DNA from: Balanoglossus misakiensis | Taxonomy: Eukaryota; Animalia; Hemichordata | Direction of reading: 5' to 3' | Length of the DNA: 64,000 nt | NCBI GenBank assembly: GCA_040954595.2 | Contig: CM082578.2 | Coordinates: forward strand, 7,673,519-7,737,518 | Shown: positions 51,040-63,802 of the stretch, in pieces | Layout: the number at the start of each line of letters is the position of its first letter | Position numbering within the stretch: the stretch's first letter is position 1 | The notes under the pieces: generated by a model | What the model was told of the DNA's origin: nothing | Databases searched by the model: none | What the model saw: only the letters and a program-made list of their open reading frames with translations | Position numbers and translations under genes: made by a program

Positions 51040-54000
51040 ATGTCCTTGATTCCAGAGAAGAAGTTGAGCTCTTTAAGAGATTTGGCCAACAAACTCAGAA
51101 TTCACAGCATTAATGCAACCAACGCAGCGGGCTCAGGGTAAGAACGGTATTTGCAATCTCTCTTTCTTGGATCCGTAAAGTGCCGACCTACAAGAGTCAG
51201 TGTACGTTGTCCCTGTTTTGTCTACCGCTTCAAAAATGTGTATTTTCTTTTATAACACTGAATTCACTTCCATGCTCTGCTATTTTCCGCGGAAGGACTG
51301 TTTTCTGAAGAAAAAATATTGATAAAACACAACTATTGGGAACCAAAGGGAAGGTAGCACACGTGTTCCCTTAGTTACAATATCAAATGCTGTAGGCTTC
51401 TTTCATAAGTGTTTTGGGATGACCATGACTTTTCTAGACAAGCTTTCAAACAAGCAACAACGACGCAAATTAAACCTCTGGTGATCCACTAGCATGAAAT
51501 TTAGTCGTGTCAAAATGGGGGGTGGGGTGGAAAATTGACTCCTATACGTAATAAAAGTGTGAATCTGCTATCAGACACTCTGCTGATGTATTTTTCGCAC
51601 ACAGACATCCAACAACATGTTGCAGTGCGGCAGAGATCATGTCCGTTTTGTTCTTCCACGAGATGAAATACAGTGTGAAGGAACCCAGGGACCCAGCCAA
51701 TGACAGATTCATCTTGTCGAAGGTCAGGCTTCTTCAGCAACTTGCATACGTTTAAATTCATTTGGGAATGCTAAATCTAGCTTTTGTCAAGACAGCTACG
51801 TTAAGGTTGTGACATGCAGGTTGAGCTAGGATTGTACACTTTGAAAGACTATCAGCCAATCTCCAGGTGGAACTCTGGCCCCAAGAGTGCCATTGTCACT
51901 CAAACAAATATGAGCTGATATTGGACTTTCATCTTCGCCCGCCAGGGTCTTGCTCTCCGAAAAATAGTTCGTTTATAGGGAGACTGTGGTCGAGCCAACG
52001 ACTATGCGAGCGGACTATGTTAGGCTTTTAACTGACCCTTATCAACCAGCTACTACATGTATATGGGCCTTTCCTACGTGAATATATAGACAGAACGAAA
52101 ATATAGGCAAAGTCCTAAGTTCGCGGTTTGACGATGGCGACAAGAAAATGACCTCATGTACATTAAAGTCTGAACTTGTCTGAATTCTTTGTTTCGCAGG
52201 GTCACGCAGCCCCAATTCTGTACGCAGCTTGGGCCGAAGCTGGTCTCTTCCCGGTCGAAGAGTTGCTCAATCTCCGCAAAATTGACAGTGACTTGGAAGG
52301 TCACCCTACACCTGTACGTCAGTAAATACGTTCTTCAAATAGCATGGATAATAACTCTTAATACCGCGTATCAACGTGGAAGCTGAGTTCCTCAATTGTG
52401 AGGGAATCATAATCCTTTGGTATGCTGTATTGGTGCGACTGATTCTCGGTGTTCTCTCTCCTCAGAGACTTAGTTTCATAGACGTGGCAACTGGATCGCT
52501 TGGTCAAGGTCTAAGCATTGCAGCCGGTATGGCCTATACTGGCAAGTATTTTGACAAGGCTAAGTAAGTGATCAGCCTTTGAATATTCTCGAACACTTCA
52601 AATTCACGGCAGACTTTCTCTATTCGTTCCGCACAATATGCTAAAATGCTAATTATTCTGTTTGTCGGATTATAGTTACCGTTGACAAATCAATCTAAAT
52701 TGCAGTTTTTTTAAATTTGCTGACATACACGAGCTATACTAAGCTACATACTGAACATTTCCACACGTTTTACGAAGTCAAACAAGTAACTGGCAGCTGA
52801 CACAAAGTACAAAGACTATTTTCCTCCCATCAAATTTTTAGTTACCGCACATACTGTCTGATTGGTGATGGAGAGAGCGCTGAGGGGTCCATCTGGGAAG
52901 GCATGAACTTCGCCAGCCACTACAAACTGGACAACCTGGTAGCCATCTTTGACGTGAACAAATTTGGTCAGAGCGATCCGACTATATTGGCGCACGACAT
53001 GGACGCCTATCGCAACCGCGCAGAAGCTTTTGGGTAACGTTAACTGTCAGTGTTAAGGCTACGGGCTGGATACAGATGTTAAAGGCCCGTGACCAACAAC
53101 ACGTACTGAAATTCCTTTACCTCATAGAATCTCTGAATTCTATATAATTTCCCCGCCACTTTCAAAGAACTATAACGTCAAAAAAAATGCGAGAAAATAT
53201 AGCCACACTGGAAGACGTTCAGTTCCACGCATTTCAATGCTTGTCATCATGATATGTCTGTGGAAGATGTACTGGATGTATGTACGTACCTTCAATTTAA
53301 ATATTTGCATGGAGGTGGCCATATTTGAGTGGTACACCCATTTATTATTTATTCATGGTGGTGACTGGCCTGAAGAAAGCAATGTGTATCAACGTATCTT
53401 TTCTTTTAGCCAGTAGCAATCAGTCTCTAACATTGTATTGTGATTTACCCTGGTTTGTGTCCTGCCAGCTGGAACACCTATGTTGTGGATGGCCACGATG
53501 TTGAAGCTCTATGCAAGGCGTTCTACGACGCTACAACCGTCAAGAACAAGCCCACATGTATCTTAGCAAAGACGTTTAAGGGGCAAGGAATTCCAGGTAA
53601 AATCATCCATACGAGACTAAGATTGTATTGTATCAATGAATATACGGAAACTGTACTGTACAAGGGTTTGTTTCTAACGAATTTTCCTTGCGATATTTCA
53701 TTCTTCGAGTGTCTTATTTTTCAACAGGTATTGCAGATTTGATGGGATGGCATAGTAAGCCCCTCGGAGATAAAGCCGCGGGCGCTGTTGCAGCCCTTCA
53801 AAGCCAGATCCAATCAAATAATCATGGTCTGTGTCCATCAATGCCGACAGAGAAAGTCCCAGCTCTGAATCTTTCTGTCAAATTAGCCGAACCGCCAAAC
53901 TACAGCAAAGGAGACAAGGTTTGTGTAAAACTATCGAAATGGCTTTGTAGTAGCTGCACGGTACTAAGAAGCTATTCCATCTAAAATAATGAAAAAAACT

Positions 54001-56392
54001 GTACGTTAAATGATTTAGTAATTTGAGGTGGCAAATATGTGCACATGTGTTGTCTTGGTAGTTGCTGTATAACTTTTATGTTTTCTCGTGTACTTGGAGA
54101 AGTTTTTTTTCACCAGCGAAATGAGGAAACTCTTTTTTTTCACTTGTATTACTTGGGTGCTTGACTTAGAGTGTAATTTTTATTTTCAAATTATGTCTCA
54201 TGATTGAGTGCAGATGATATTTTTAATGACAGCTTGCTACCCGTGTTGGCTATGGAAGAGCGCTCGTTAAACTGGGCAAGGACAACCCTCGTGTCATCGC
54301 CATGGATGCCGACACCAAAAATTCCACTTACTCGGAAATGTACAAGGAAGCCTTCCCTGATCGATACGTGGAATGCTACATCGCTGAACAGAACCTTGTG
54401 GGCGTGGCCATGGGGGCCGCCTGCCGCGACAGGGCCGTGGTATTCGCCAGCGCGTTCGCAGCTTTTTGGACGAGGGGTTTCGATCAGATTCGTATGGGTG
54501 CTGTATCTCTGACAAATGTCAATTTTTTCGGATCCCACTGCGGCGTATCCATGGGTGAGTCAGTGGTTATGACATTACACATTCCTCCAAATTGAGACAG
54601 TCTAATCTGTCATGTGCGTTCTACAATGTACGTCTCTTGAACAGTTGTATTTTATGGTTCCGTGCCCATGCACACAGATGACAAGACCTCAAAATTGGAT
54701 GCTTTCAATGTGTTCTATAGTAAAAATAGCCTCGGAATTCTGATGTGCGCTCTATTTTGTGGAAATTTTAGTGTCATACATGTACGTAGTTATCATTGTG
54801 TTTGGTTGAGATGGTAGTGTCGTTCTCTTTATGGTTAAATATAAAAATGGGGCCTATAACGCTGTTCCCCCACACTTTCGCTGTCCTTAGGTCTATGTTT
54901 TATCTGCAAAAATCGTTTAGCTGAAAATGTCCATATTTAAGTTTATATAGTGAAAAGTTGATCGAGCTTTGACAGCGTCATGCCGGTAATGCGTGCTGTC
55001 AAATAAAATACAGCGCCATTTGTAATTGCTGTATTTTTCAACGTTCAGGTGAGGATGGCATACCACAGATGGCACTGGAAGATCTCGCCATGTTCCGTGC
55101 AATCCCCGGCGCCACCGTATTCTACCCGAGCGACACAGTTTCCACGGAGAGGGCAGTTGAGCTAGCCGCCAACACAAAGGGCATTTGTTTCATTCGCTCC
55201 AGTCGCCCGCCACTTTCTGTTCTGTACGATAACGATGAACCCTTCCAAGCGGGAAAAGCCAAGGTTAGCATCTCTCTGCCGTCTGCTGATCAGAAAATAA
55301 TTGCTGTGCAGCAGCAAGATGTTTATAATCACCTGTCCGCACGCGTGTATTCCGCAAAGTTTCTCTTACTCAATCAAACTCCATGCTACCTTGAAACAGT
55401 TCTTGTACATTAAAGGGATTATGTCGTCTGAACTGCACATGCGCGACCTTTCTGTTGTTTCTAAAGATGGAAGAGGGAAAATCACCCACCTATCAATCAA
55501 TAAATGTTAATGCATGTATTTTAAAGTAACGAAACTAAAGCGATAAAAAAGTAACAATGCGTTCTTTAACATGATATGATGTGAGGCAAAGTAACAATAC
55601 ATTGTTTGCTAATATGTAAATGTTAACAGTTACACATTGTCGCTATTAACTGTGTTCAATGGGACTCGTACCCACAGTGCAAATGGAATGACTGTGTTCA
55701 CTTTTAGAGTATCTCGACAGGAAATTAGAGAAAGATTGCGTGTTCATTGTGAGTCGGAGACCCCTACCTGACTTCATCTGGAATAATTTCATCATTTTCT
55801 ACAAATGAAAACTACTTTTGTTTGTGTTGCCAGATCGTTCATGACAGTGCAAATCCGCAAGTGACCTTAGTCGGAGCCGGAGTGACTCTTCACGAAGCTT
55901 TGAAAGCCGCAGAGAAACTGGCCGCAGATGGTATTAATGTCCGTGTGGTCGATCCATTCACCCTGAAACCCATCGATGTGGAGACCTTGGCAAAGAGCGC
56001 CAGTGAGACTGGTGGCAAGGTGCTCACAGTGGAAGATCATTATCCTGAAGGTAAGTCTGGTCGCGAAAACCTGTCCACCTGTGTGAAGGCGGGAATATTG
56101 CGTCGGTCTTTTATGCAAAAGTTGATCAACTTTCTGGGTGTATAGTGGCAAAAAAACAGAAGGTGTAACCATAAACATTTCCTAGTAGTATACATATTTT
56201 GTCTTCACTTGTACTGTAGGTGGTCTAGGAGAGGCTGTGGCAGGCGCCTTGTGCAGCTTCCCGAACATCACCATGCGACGCCTGGCTGTCACCGCTATTC
56301 CACGCAGCGGCAAAGCAGCCGAGCTTCTGGAGATGTTTGGTATCAACGCTAATGCTATCATCAAGACTGTCAGAGAAATGACCAAGGCTTGA
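51040..56392 (+). CDS. TKT: Transketolase, tandem copy 2 (about 621 aa, intact, divergent active-site motifs)
   Basis: Exons 51040-51137, 51605-51722, 52200-52313, 52466-52563, 52842-53033, 53469-53596, 53728-53918, 54233-54554, 55049-55263, 55834-56050, 56220-56392. Same intron positions and phases as copy 1; no stops or frameshifts seen. Confidence 0.93.
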
Positions 56393-56568
56393 AAACTCAA
56401 CAATGTTCACCGTACGCAGCTGCCATTTCTTCTTCAAATTTTGTGGAACTGAATCATTCAATGCGGTTATTGTTTCTTGGTTTAATAATTTAACCTCTAA
56501 ATTTAGAATATAGCAATCGTAAAAATATGTACATTGACATTTGATATTTCTCCCTGCTTTCTTGCCCC

Positions 56569-56574
56569 AATAAA
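56569..56574 (+). terminator. Candidate polyadenylation signal of TKT copy 2
   Basis: AATAAA 177 nt after the stop. Confidence 0.5.
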
Positions 56575-56809
56575 AAAGGATTTTAAATCCGTCATTAAAA
56601 TGTACACACGAACCAGAATATGAACTTTTCAAAAAAACGACACGACCTTTCCATGAGGCTTATACACAAATGATAATTATAACCATTTCCCATTTTGCCC
56701 CACCCGCATTTCAATCGAACAAGTGAAATATAAACCAGACTGAGTACGCAATTTACATACGAAGATTGACGAATATTATTTCTGTCTCTGGCAATCACAA
56801 TTTTTACGA

Positions 56810-57862
56810 CTATCCACAATTGACATCATTTCCAGAGCGGTCGTCCTCGCGCACTTCCCGCCTGGAATCCGCTGCCATTGGAAACGTTCGTAGTTGAGGA
56901 TGGCATCTATCTAAGTACCGGTCCAGCAACACCAGTTGAAGCTGGTTGAACAGAACAGAACAAACAGCAACTGGTTTACACCTGTCCTTGTGTGTATAGG
57001 ACAACAGAAATTCACATTACATGTACTTCTGATTGTGTCCAACTGAATACACGAGACAGAGAAAACACGTACGTACCGTGTTCAGGAACTATAGCATTGT
57101 ATAGCAAAGGAGACATACACTGAAATACAAAAACGAGTTTATGGAGTAAAAATGACAATTAAAGTAAAGATGCAGTATACATCTGAAGTCAACATACCCG
57201 TCCATAAACATGATAAAGCAATGTTCAGTAAAATGAAAACGATTCGCAAATACGTGTGACCCACCTCTTTGTAAGTTAGCTCTATTTTGTCAAATATTCT
57301 TGATGATAACTGAAAACAATAGAAGACAGGGATGATATATATTAAAAAAAAAATAGTGATTGATAGTTTAACTACTGCAGTATATCGTCCACGCATACGT
57401 AATATATTATGTTTCCATGGTACTCATCATTTTGACACAATTTATGAGGTTGCACTCAATCGTCCGTATTTTTAATTTGCTGTATATAGTAACTAGTACT
57501 CATCACTGACACGTTTGTGTTCAATACTCTTGCCATGCGTGGCACTACATGTACATGTATTTCAGCCAGCGATGTTGCCTACCTCAAATGTATCACGCGA
57601 CTCTCGCGTTTTCTCGTCGGAAGCTTGTCCAGGGATGACCTTCGGTCTGACGTGTGTTTCAACCCATCTGAGAACACACCTTGGTGACGGGATGATGTTA
57701 TAAGGTGGCGGAAGTGTCGGTGCTTGGAAGTACTCCATCCATGTTTTTGTCCGCTCGTACTTCACCACGACTTCAATGTTGTCCTACGTTTGGATAACAA
57801 AATTATTAATTTCATGTTGGGGTGTATCCTGAAGTGATAATCTTAATCTTTCATAAAATTCC

Positions 57863-57894
<32 letters not shown>

Positions 57895-60800
57895 CTTTAT
57901 CAAAAAACCCACACGTTGGCTAGTGCAGCCCACAACTTGCTTTTTGTATGTACACGATAACGAAGGCGTTAGAAGTGGGTCATGTTCGATCCTGTTTCCT
58001 TTATTTGCGCGAAGTTGTCAATCTTGATATTAAAATCGTTTGGTTTTAGAAGCAAGTAGAGTTTTAGCCCGAGGGTCTGCACACCCAATATTTATTGAAG
58101 TACCCCCTTGGGGCTCATTCATAGTCAGGATCATTGTGAGATCCGGCGAAATGATGACGGTAATTTATGCCAAAGAGGTACATGTACTTCTCATTTCATT
58201 GATTTACACGGGTGAGAAGCGTATTCGAGCCCCTTCGAAAATTCAGAAACTGTGACACCCCCACTCACCTGTATTCTGACGTAGGTATCGGCCATCATGG
58301 CGATGCATAAATTAACCAACAATAGGTTGGTCAGGATCCCGAACGTGGAATACACGATGGCGCCGAAAGTGGAGTACAGTGTCTCAACTTGGCGAATTTG
58401 TTCAACGTCGCCGGTGTAGTTCAGGGATGCGTACAAGCCGACGTATTCCAGTTCATCGTCACTGAAATCCCCGAAGAGTGAAAAGACCAGCTCCTTGACG
58501 GAATACAATAACCTGTCAGGCGAGTGCCATGAATGAAGAAATAAAGAATTAAAGAGTGAATGAGTGAATGAATGAATGAATGAATGAATGAATGAATGAA
58601 TGAATGAATGAATGAATGAATGAATGAACGGACGGACGAACGATCGTACCTCCGATAAACTAAATAAATAAACTAGATTATAATAAAACCATGTCACTGA
58701 TGACACTCAGAAATGCAAATGAATTGAAGAAAAACGTAATTTGTGACTTTTCACTAAGTGTCGTACTTTCAAGTACATATGAGATGTCTCACGTCTGATA
58801 GTAAGTATAATGAGATCAATCTTCGATGAAAATCCAGTATTACGGTATGTATCACCAACGGTAGCAGGAAAAATGAAATGTATGGCATTGGCTAAACTTA
58901 CGTCGTGAAACCCAGATCCGTTGGAGATTGCGCTTCTGATCCGGCGTAGACACAGAACAGAGAAATGGCGAAAGACAACACAACGATACAGAAAAGACAC
59001 AGAAAACTGATGACATGACCTTTGATGGAGGTGAAGGTCAGCAATAGAGGGCCGAGAAAACTGCTCAGGTACATGAAGTGTATTAGGTGCAGCAGAGGAA
59101 TTGCCGCTAGGAATGATGGGATGGAACGCACGACGAGGTAGTTCGGGAGGCTGAGGATGCCGAAGGAGTTGTCGATCGCAGCGATGGAGGTGCTGACGAA
59201 TATGAGAAGCAAAGCAAACAGGTAAATTCCGTTCCAAAGCACAGAAAAGTGGTGCGCGAAACCGACACGGCGCGCAAACTGAAACATATCGACCAAAATT
59301 GCAGCCAGCCAGACAATCTCAAAAACGTGTAAAATGTGAAAATTGTCAGGAGTCAGCAGAGTGGAATTGAGGGCCGGGAGTGTTTCCACGACTACGAACA
59401 GTATTAGGAACGTGGCGTGAGAGAAGCAATGCAGAAGAAACTGGCTTTTTGGCGCGTCTAGAAATTGTGACAGACCAGAGGAACACGGCACAAAGGCATA
59501 AGTTAAAGCCAAGAAGGGCTGTAGAATGCCATAGACTAGCAGAGCGTAGAGCGCATAAATACAAGTCCAGATCCAACCGTCACTAAGCGACCAGGTCGGC
59601 TGGCATCGTATCCACTCGGTTCGGACAATCTTCTGACACTTAGGGTGTGAGACGAACTGAAAGATATAAGCAGCTACAGTTAAACCATTTTAAGCGAGAC
59701 AGGATTGTATTACATGTACTTCTCGAAGGCAAATCATTTTGAATAACATATAAATTGGGGATGATCTCTATCTTATCAAAATCGAAGTTAAATTCAGATA
59801 TTTAGGTTTATTGAAACACACGTATAAATGTTAGCCAACTATTAATCGTCTTCGATAAATCATGACAATTTCTATCAGGCTAAACTTGTCGGTTACAATG
59901 TTCGAACGGCAACAGCAAATTCTAACTACACAAAACAAATACACATGTACATCTATAGACAATTGTAGTTTATGTGTAGATTCGTGTCACACCCTGACTA
60001 ATTTCTCACACCTTTCTTTGCCTGTGTTTCACTGCGCAGGCGAGGACCGCCAGTGGTACGGCCTCGGCATCTTGAGCGCCCTCTATGTTGCGCTGTACTC
60101 CCCCTCTCAGCAAGGTGAGTATCTCCTCTTCCGTGTAACACGAATCTACGATTGCAATGGCATAATTCTCGACTTGCCTCTCCAAATCCTTGTACCGAGC
60201 CTGAAGAGCATAGTGGAAAATGAAACAACTACAATCCAACCGCCACCGTTGTCGCTGTCTTCGCAGCCAGACCCATAAATAACAGACTAACACTCACTGA
60301 TTTTGTATTAGACATCACGATCTTGTAGTCGCCAAACAATTCTGTGTCAAACTTTGCTGAAGTCTAAAGGGTGGGTGTCGTCCCGTCGCGCATGTGCAGT
60401 GTATACGACTCTTCACTTTAAATACGCTAACCTCTCTAAATAGATCGTTGATGGGAAAACGAGCAAATTTACTTATTAAGAGGGAAATCATACCTCCCAT
60501 GTGTCTCTTATTCCGCTTGATGACGCGATCTTTCTCAGTTCACCGGCAAGTTGCAGGGCACTGAGCAGAGGATCCTCGTGGGCCAGACTCAAGTAAGCAT
60601 CACTCGAGAAGGCGCTGTACACACGAAGTCTGTGCAGCTCGAAAGTCGCCGAGGTATTTAAATCAGAATAGGCTGAAAAAAGAGAGTCTGCGAACGTGAA
60701 ATAAATCAATAAAATTTGAAAGGCATTCCAAACGTTTCATTAAAACGTTGAACGCTTTTTAATTACCTATAAATGACAGGATTAACAAAAAACGATTAAT

Positions 60801-62241
60801 GGCACAATGGCGAGAACAAGACGCTAATGGCATTGGTTTATCATAATAAATTGTATTCATTTTTCTGATGTCAAGGAAACGTTCAGGAAGCAATCAGTCA
60901 TCAAAGTCGTGACTCTTAAGAAATAGTATCCGAAGCTTTCATCTGCCAATTTTCCTGTCAAAGAAAATGTGTTTACAATGGAATGTATCATAAACGCAGA
61001 CTTAAGGAACGTGTGCAAATATTAGTTAGTGTACACACTCTATTATCTGCATCTGAATTCTGCAACTACATGTATATTATGTGAAAACAGCAATTTGCCT
61101 GAAATATATACATGCTAGGGCAATAATTTATTATTTTAATTACAGTTCTAGCCAGCGGGACCGTTTCTCAAAATCTCTTCACACTGATCAATATTTAAAT
61201 TAGAGAATATTACTTGGCGTAAATTGTATGATGGCGATATCACGTTCATAAAACATCCAGTCTAGAAACTACAGATGAACTTACAGAGGCGTTGAGGAAC
61301 TTCCATTTTCTTGGCACCGAAGTCGAACAATAGTTTGACCATTAGAAAGTCATTCTTAATGGCGGCTATTTCAAGAGCTGTTATTGGCTGACGCTGACGC
61401 AATCCGGTGAGATTAATATCAATATTGTGTGCCTGAAAGGATAACCAGGGGCCGTTTAATCTTACATTGCGAAAAGTAGCATTATAGTAATGACCTGTCT
61501 TCACGATAGATTTAGATATTTACTGAGAAACAAGAAGCTCAGAAAATGTACTGTCTTCATGTGACCACATTAAGCAAATATATTGACGAATAGCGTTAAT
61601 TGATGTTTGCTCAGACAAATTCAAATCAAGTCAAATAACTTTTAAAAAGCCATTTAAACGATCTAGTGTATTGTGGTGACGTGTGTTTGCCGGCCGTTTT
61701 GCGAAGTCGTCGAGAGAAATTTGTTGACATTTTAATAAACCGACAAAAGTGTTTGACAGACTTAAATTAGCAGAATGTAGGGTTATTTATACGTCAATCG
61801 TAAATTCAAAGAGACGTCTTTGCATGCTTTGACGAGTGCCTGGTAATCCAGTTGTCATGTTATCCATTAATCTGCCAATACAAATGGCTTTTGACGCGGT
61901 TGCCACAACAACATCTCGCATAAAACCGACTTGACAGCGCCTTTGGTCAAATTTGGTTTTCTCGATATTTATAATTTTATGCTTATACAATGCGGTGTCA
62001 CCTTGCAACACTATTCCCAGACTGATTTCGTAAAAGGTACATCTCTCGCAACAGATGAGGTGTAATTAGTTACCTGAATCAAATCCTTGGTTCTCGAAGT
62101 GTCTCCTTCTTCGACTGCCTCCAGAAATTCTTCTTCGATATTTTCCCCTGCCCGCTGTTGTTTAGTGCGAGAATCCTGCTGCCTGTAGCGCTGGGTTCGA
62201 GCGTTCATTGGAAACGCGAAATTGTCACCCTCGCTCGTCAT
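56810..62241 (-). CDS. Divergent TRPC-like (short transient receptor potential) cation channel, about 671 aa
   Basis: Minus-strand exons 62241-62074, 61432-61285, 60672-60494, 60200-60012, 59656-58902, 58512-58269, 57783-57583, 56941-56810 splice in frame. TRPC-like motifs: EEEFLEAVEEGD, ITALEIAAIKNDFLMVKLL (ankyrin-like), AYLSLAHEDPLLSALQL, FVSHPKCQ, LGPL, SLFG, VNLCIAMMADTY, TLPPPYNIIPSP, LLDRYL. Confidence 0.88.
58553..58627. repeat. (TGAA)n microsatellite in a TRP intron
   Basis: Direct reading; it explains the HSFI repeats in the ORF track. Confidence 0.95.
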
Positions 62242-63741
62242 ATTCTGGTATGAACTCAGTCAACTGTCCTTTGCAGGGCGGGGTAGAAAAGAAAGAAAGG
62301 GGGGGGGGTCTGGTTCAGTACAATGGCGTTCTGCTGACTCACAACACACTGTATAAACCATTATTATGGCTGTAACGTTAATGGATAAGCATTAAGCATC
62401 ACACTGTGTTCCCCTTGGGAATGCATTGAAGTTGTAATAATATTATAAGAATCGTGTCAGACGCTAAAATTCACGCGAGTCGCCTTTCACTGTGTGCGAA
62501 TCAATTTACTTAGGCCTATAGTAATGCATGAGAGGTCGCCCCGAATGCTTAAATGCCCAGCTAAATGTAAAAAAAAACCTCGGCTCAAAGAATTTTATGT
62601 CGATGATGTACCTCAATCATGTCACTGTGTTCATTATTATTTTTGAACAATTGTATGTTTCAATGTACTCTGCGATGGAAACAATCCGGTAAAATATCGG
62701 CTAGGAACTTAATGTTCGTCTTTCTTTGACGATTCCCTGTTTGACAATACACAAATATTCAACAGATATATACGTGTATGTTGTCGCCTCGACTTAAAAA
62801 AGGCACATATGCACGTGACCGATCAGATTGCTTTGACGATGCCACGAAAGAAAATATTTGTCCAGTTAAAAAATTCATTTGACAGCATGAGTGGGTCGCA
62901 ACACGCTATACTGAGGGCCCGTCCGTCGTTTAGGTCGTTCGCCATGGCTGTATCTGTATCAGGGTGTATCTGTACCAGAAATAATAAGTTCGTAAGTGCC
63001 TTACCTGGCTGATCAGTCGGCAACATCTATGGCCTGTGGAATGACAGTAAAATCGTTTTGTATTAATTAACAAGAGGGAGAGTCAAATTAGAATGTAAAT
63101 ATATGTCACGTGACCGCGCAAATCTAATATCAAGCACAATAGCCTGCCGTCGTTGTCATGGGTGATATAAAGCATCCACATTTATTATGGTTTACGGATA
63201 TATTAAAATCACGGCTATTACCTCGAAAAGAAAGGAAAACTCAATCATCTGCTGAGTTTAACTCGACAATCAACTGTTATAATGTAATTATCGACTGAAT
63301 CGAGGAATTTCACAATGTTGAGGGCGCTACCGCAATTCTCTGATACCTCAACCTCAATGTTCTTGTTTGCTTTCAAGTTCAAACACGCCTATAAAATCTT
63401 TCGTTTTCAAAGGTTAAACATTTTCTCGTCAGCAACCGGACAAAGGAAATATTCGCGAAGTAAGGTTTGTTAGCAAGTTGATCAAATATATTTAACCAGA
63501 AATACAATACAATACGATACAATGAAAACAATACAAGATATCTTTACAGAGATATAGCAAAATGGCCATGAAAATAGTTCGACAGAATTACTGCTACTCC
63601 ATGGCCCTGGAAAGTACATCCAATATCTTTTTGAAAGCTAACATGAATACATGTATATTATATACATGTATGTATACATTGTATTTATATTCATTTATGT
63701 AGACAGACATATTTCAGACAGACAGACAGACAAATGAATAA

Positions 63742-63802
63742 ATAAACAAACAAACAAACAAACAAACAAACAAACAAACAAACAAACAAACAAACAAACA
63801 AA
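63742..63802. repeat. (AAAC)n microsatellite, preceded by a short (GACA)n
   Basis: Direct reading. Confidence 0.95.

Noticed and set aside
51040-56392. TKT copy 2 as an uncollapsed haplotype or pseudogene
   Set aside because: Introns largely differ in length and sequence, silent sites are locally saturated, and the frame and splice sites are intact.
57915-57992. tRNA or SINE (tggctagtg ... gttcgatcc)
   Set aside because: No cloverleaf, atypical box spacing and no second copy in the window.
58520-58706. HSFI-repeat peptide as part of the TRP protein
   Set aside because: It is the (TGAA)n microsatellite upstream of the true acceptor at 58513.
61787-62011. ORF with GDTALY as a missing TRP ankyrin exon
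   Set aside because: The rest is not ankyrin-like, no convincing splice sites were seen, and exons 1 and 2 already join smoothly.
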